A DNA stretch of 64,000 nt, from positions 543 to 64,542 of IMG/VR virus record IMGVR_UViG_3300002220_000024; one strand, given 5' to 3'. Each line of letters begins with the position of its first letter. Position 1 is the first letter of the stretch. This stretch comes from a virus. Its lineage: Duplodnaviria; Caudoviricetes. This document shows, one piece after another, positions 62,684-64,000 of this stretch. The position numbers and the translations under genes are program-made. The notes beneath the pieces are model-generated. The model saw only the letters and a program-made list of their open reading frames with translations, had not been told where the DNA came from and searched no databases.

Positions 62684-63508
62684 GTGTTTCAATCAATAAA
62701 AGAGGATAAAATAAACATGGAAAATGAGTATTATGGATTTATATACAAGATTACTAATTTGATTAATAATAAAGTTTATGTGGGACAGACTAAAAACATA
62801 AAAGATAGATGGAGAGAACATAAGAAGAATGCTAGAAATAAAATAATTAAAGGCAACATGGCAATAACAAAAGCTATGATTAAATATGGATTGGATAACT
62901 TTACATTTGAAGTAATAGATCAAGCATATTCTGTGGATGAATTAAATCAACTTGAAGAACATTACATTAATAATCTAAACTCTTTAAGTCCACAAGGATA
63001 TAATATACAAGAGTATTCTAATGGTGTTCCTATATGGTCTGATGAAAGAAAACTTGAGGCCACGAAGAAAAACCTTAATAGAAAGAAGCCTAATGCAATT
63101 TCTAAATACTTTGGTGTGACATATAATAAAAGAGATAATAACTGGGTTGCCTCTGTTATATTTCAAAGAAAAGACTTTCGTATTGGTAAATATGATACAG
63201 AAATAGAAGCAGCACAAGCTAGAGATATCGAAGTATTAAAAGATAAGTATCTAGGTTTGTTCGAGTTAAACTTTCCAGAACTAAGAGATAATTATCTTAA
63301 TAATGAAATTGTAGTTTTAAGATCTATGGATAAAAGACTGTGTAAAAGTGATAATTTACCAGATATATTTCCTTCTGAATCCGGTGACTGTTGGTTTGTA
63401 TTGATTATGAGTAATGAAGGTATAAAATATTTTGATAGTTTTGAAACAGAACAAGAAGCAGTTCAAGTTCATAAAAATAAACTCATAGAATTTAATCTTA
63501 AACAATAA
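62684..63508 (+). mobile_element. Free-standing GIY-YIG homing endonuclease with AP2-like domain; paralog of 12692-13777
   Basis: GFIYKITNLINNKVYVGQT..R..EH; shares TEIEAAQARDIE.LKD.Y.GLFELNF.EL with the first copy; probable start 62717. Confidence 0.9.
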
Positions 63509-63902
63509 TCACCCTTAATAGAATAAACCATAGAAAACAATAAACAGAACAAACAAACCTTATTAAACCACAAGAAGAAAACTTATAGGGCCACATAATA
63601 TATTTTTCTCCTTTCTTTGTCTTATTAATATTTTTAAAAATGCCGATCTTACTTATTTGAATTGTACATTTTATCCAAAACCCATAATAAAAGAAATAGA
63701 GAGAGAGGAGAATTCTTTTTGTGGAAACTGTTTTTTGGGAAATTTTAAAATCCACACTATAAACTAATATTTCTCCTTTTATTAAAAGATAGCTGACTAT
63801 ACATCAATCGGAAATGTCTGATAATCTTTAATTTTACATTATTATAGCTGGCTATCAATTCAAATATAAAGTCCGATTTTATCGGGCGTGACAGATCGCC
63901 GC

Positions 63903-64000
63903 GTCGATATGTCGCGATGTTCCGATATGTCGATGTAGCGATGTCGATATGTCGCGATGTTCCGATATGTCGATGTAGCGATGTCGATATGCCCAGCGAT
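63903..64000. repeat. 40-bp tandem repeat made of CGAT sub-repeats, truncated by the window edge
   Basis: GTCGATATGTCGCGATGTTCCGATATGTCGATGTAGCGAT at 63903-63942 and 63943-63982, then a partial third copy. Confidence 0.9.

Noticed and set aside
1812-63217. Nested or antisense minus-strand ORFs 1812-1994, 53616-53801, 62693-62923 and 62984-63217
   Set aside because: They lie inside thyA, the kinase-like gene or opposite the GIY-YIG gene; no independent support
63498-63755. Hydrophobic minus-strand ORF at the right end
   Set aside because: Convergent overlap with the endonuclease and low-complexity T-rich sequence; cannot tell it from a chance ORF
63903-64000. CRISPR array at the right end
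   Set aside because: Units are directly adjacent with no unique spacers
1-64000. Stop-codon reassignment
   Set aside because: Recognisable genes are full length in the standard code, there is no suppressor tRNA, and the two broken genes change frame rather than read through in frame
1-64000. Specific host or phage taxon assignment
   Set aside because: Gene content suggests a large lytic phage using a sigma-70-type host polymerase, but no marker here fixes host or family without a database search

Overview
A 64-kb piece of a large, very AT-rich (roughly 30% GC by eye) tailed dsDNA phage. No capsid, terminase or tail genes are recognisable. Nearly all genes are on the minus strand; the real plus-strand genes are three free-standing homing endonucleases and a 49-aa HTH ORF. 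Recognisable functions: nucleotide metabolism (ThyA with an in-frame HNH insert, DHFR, 5'-nucleotidase, deaminase, DeoC-like), SSB, RuvB, rIIA/rIIB, two sigma-70-like factors, a glycosyltransferase/sulfotransferase block, an amidoligase-GATase-GGCT module, RNA/tRNA maintenance enzymes (CCA-adding enzyme, RNA ligase, P-loop kinase, phosphoesterases, YqeY), macrodomain, NADAR, orphan HigA-like and HicA-like genes, and 8 tRNA or tRNA-like genes, none encoding CCA. The strongest non-coding signal is a family of 17 co-oriented promoter modules (TTGACT-17 nt-TAWAAT-like) with a conserved spacer. In 12 of them a TGA sits exactly 20-22 nt upstream of the -35, and in six cases that TGA is the stop codon of the preceding gene. 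The right end holds a lone antisense promoter, a 69-nt GC-rich hairpin and a CGAT-rich 40-bp tandem repeat running off the edge. All family assignments come from motif recognition by eye, not database searches.
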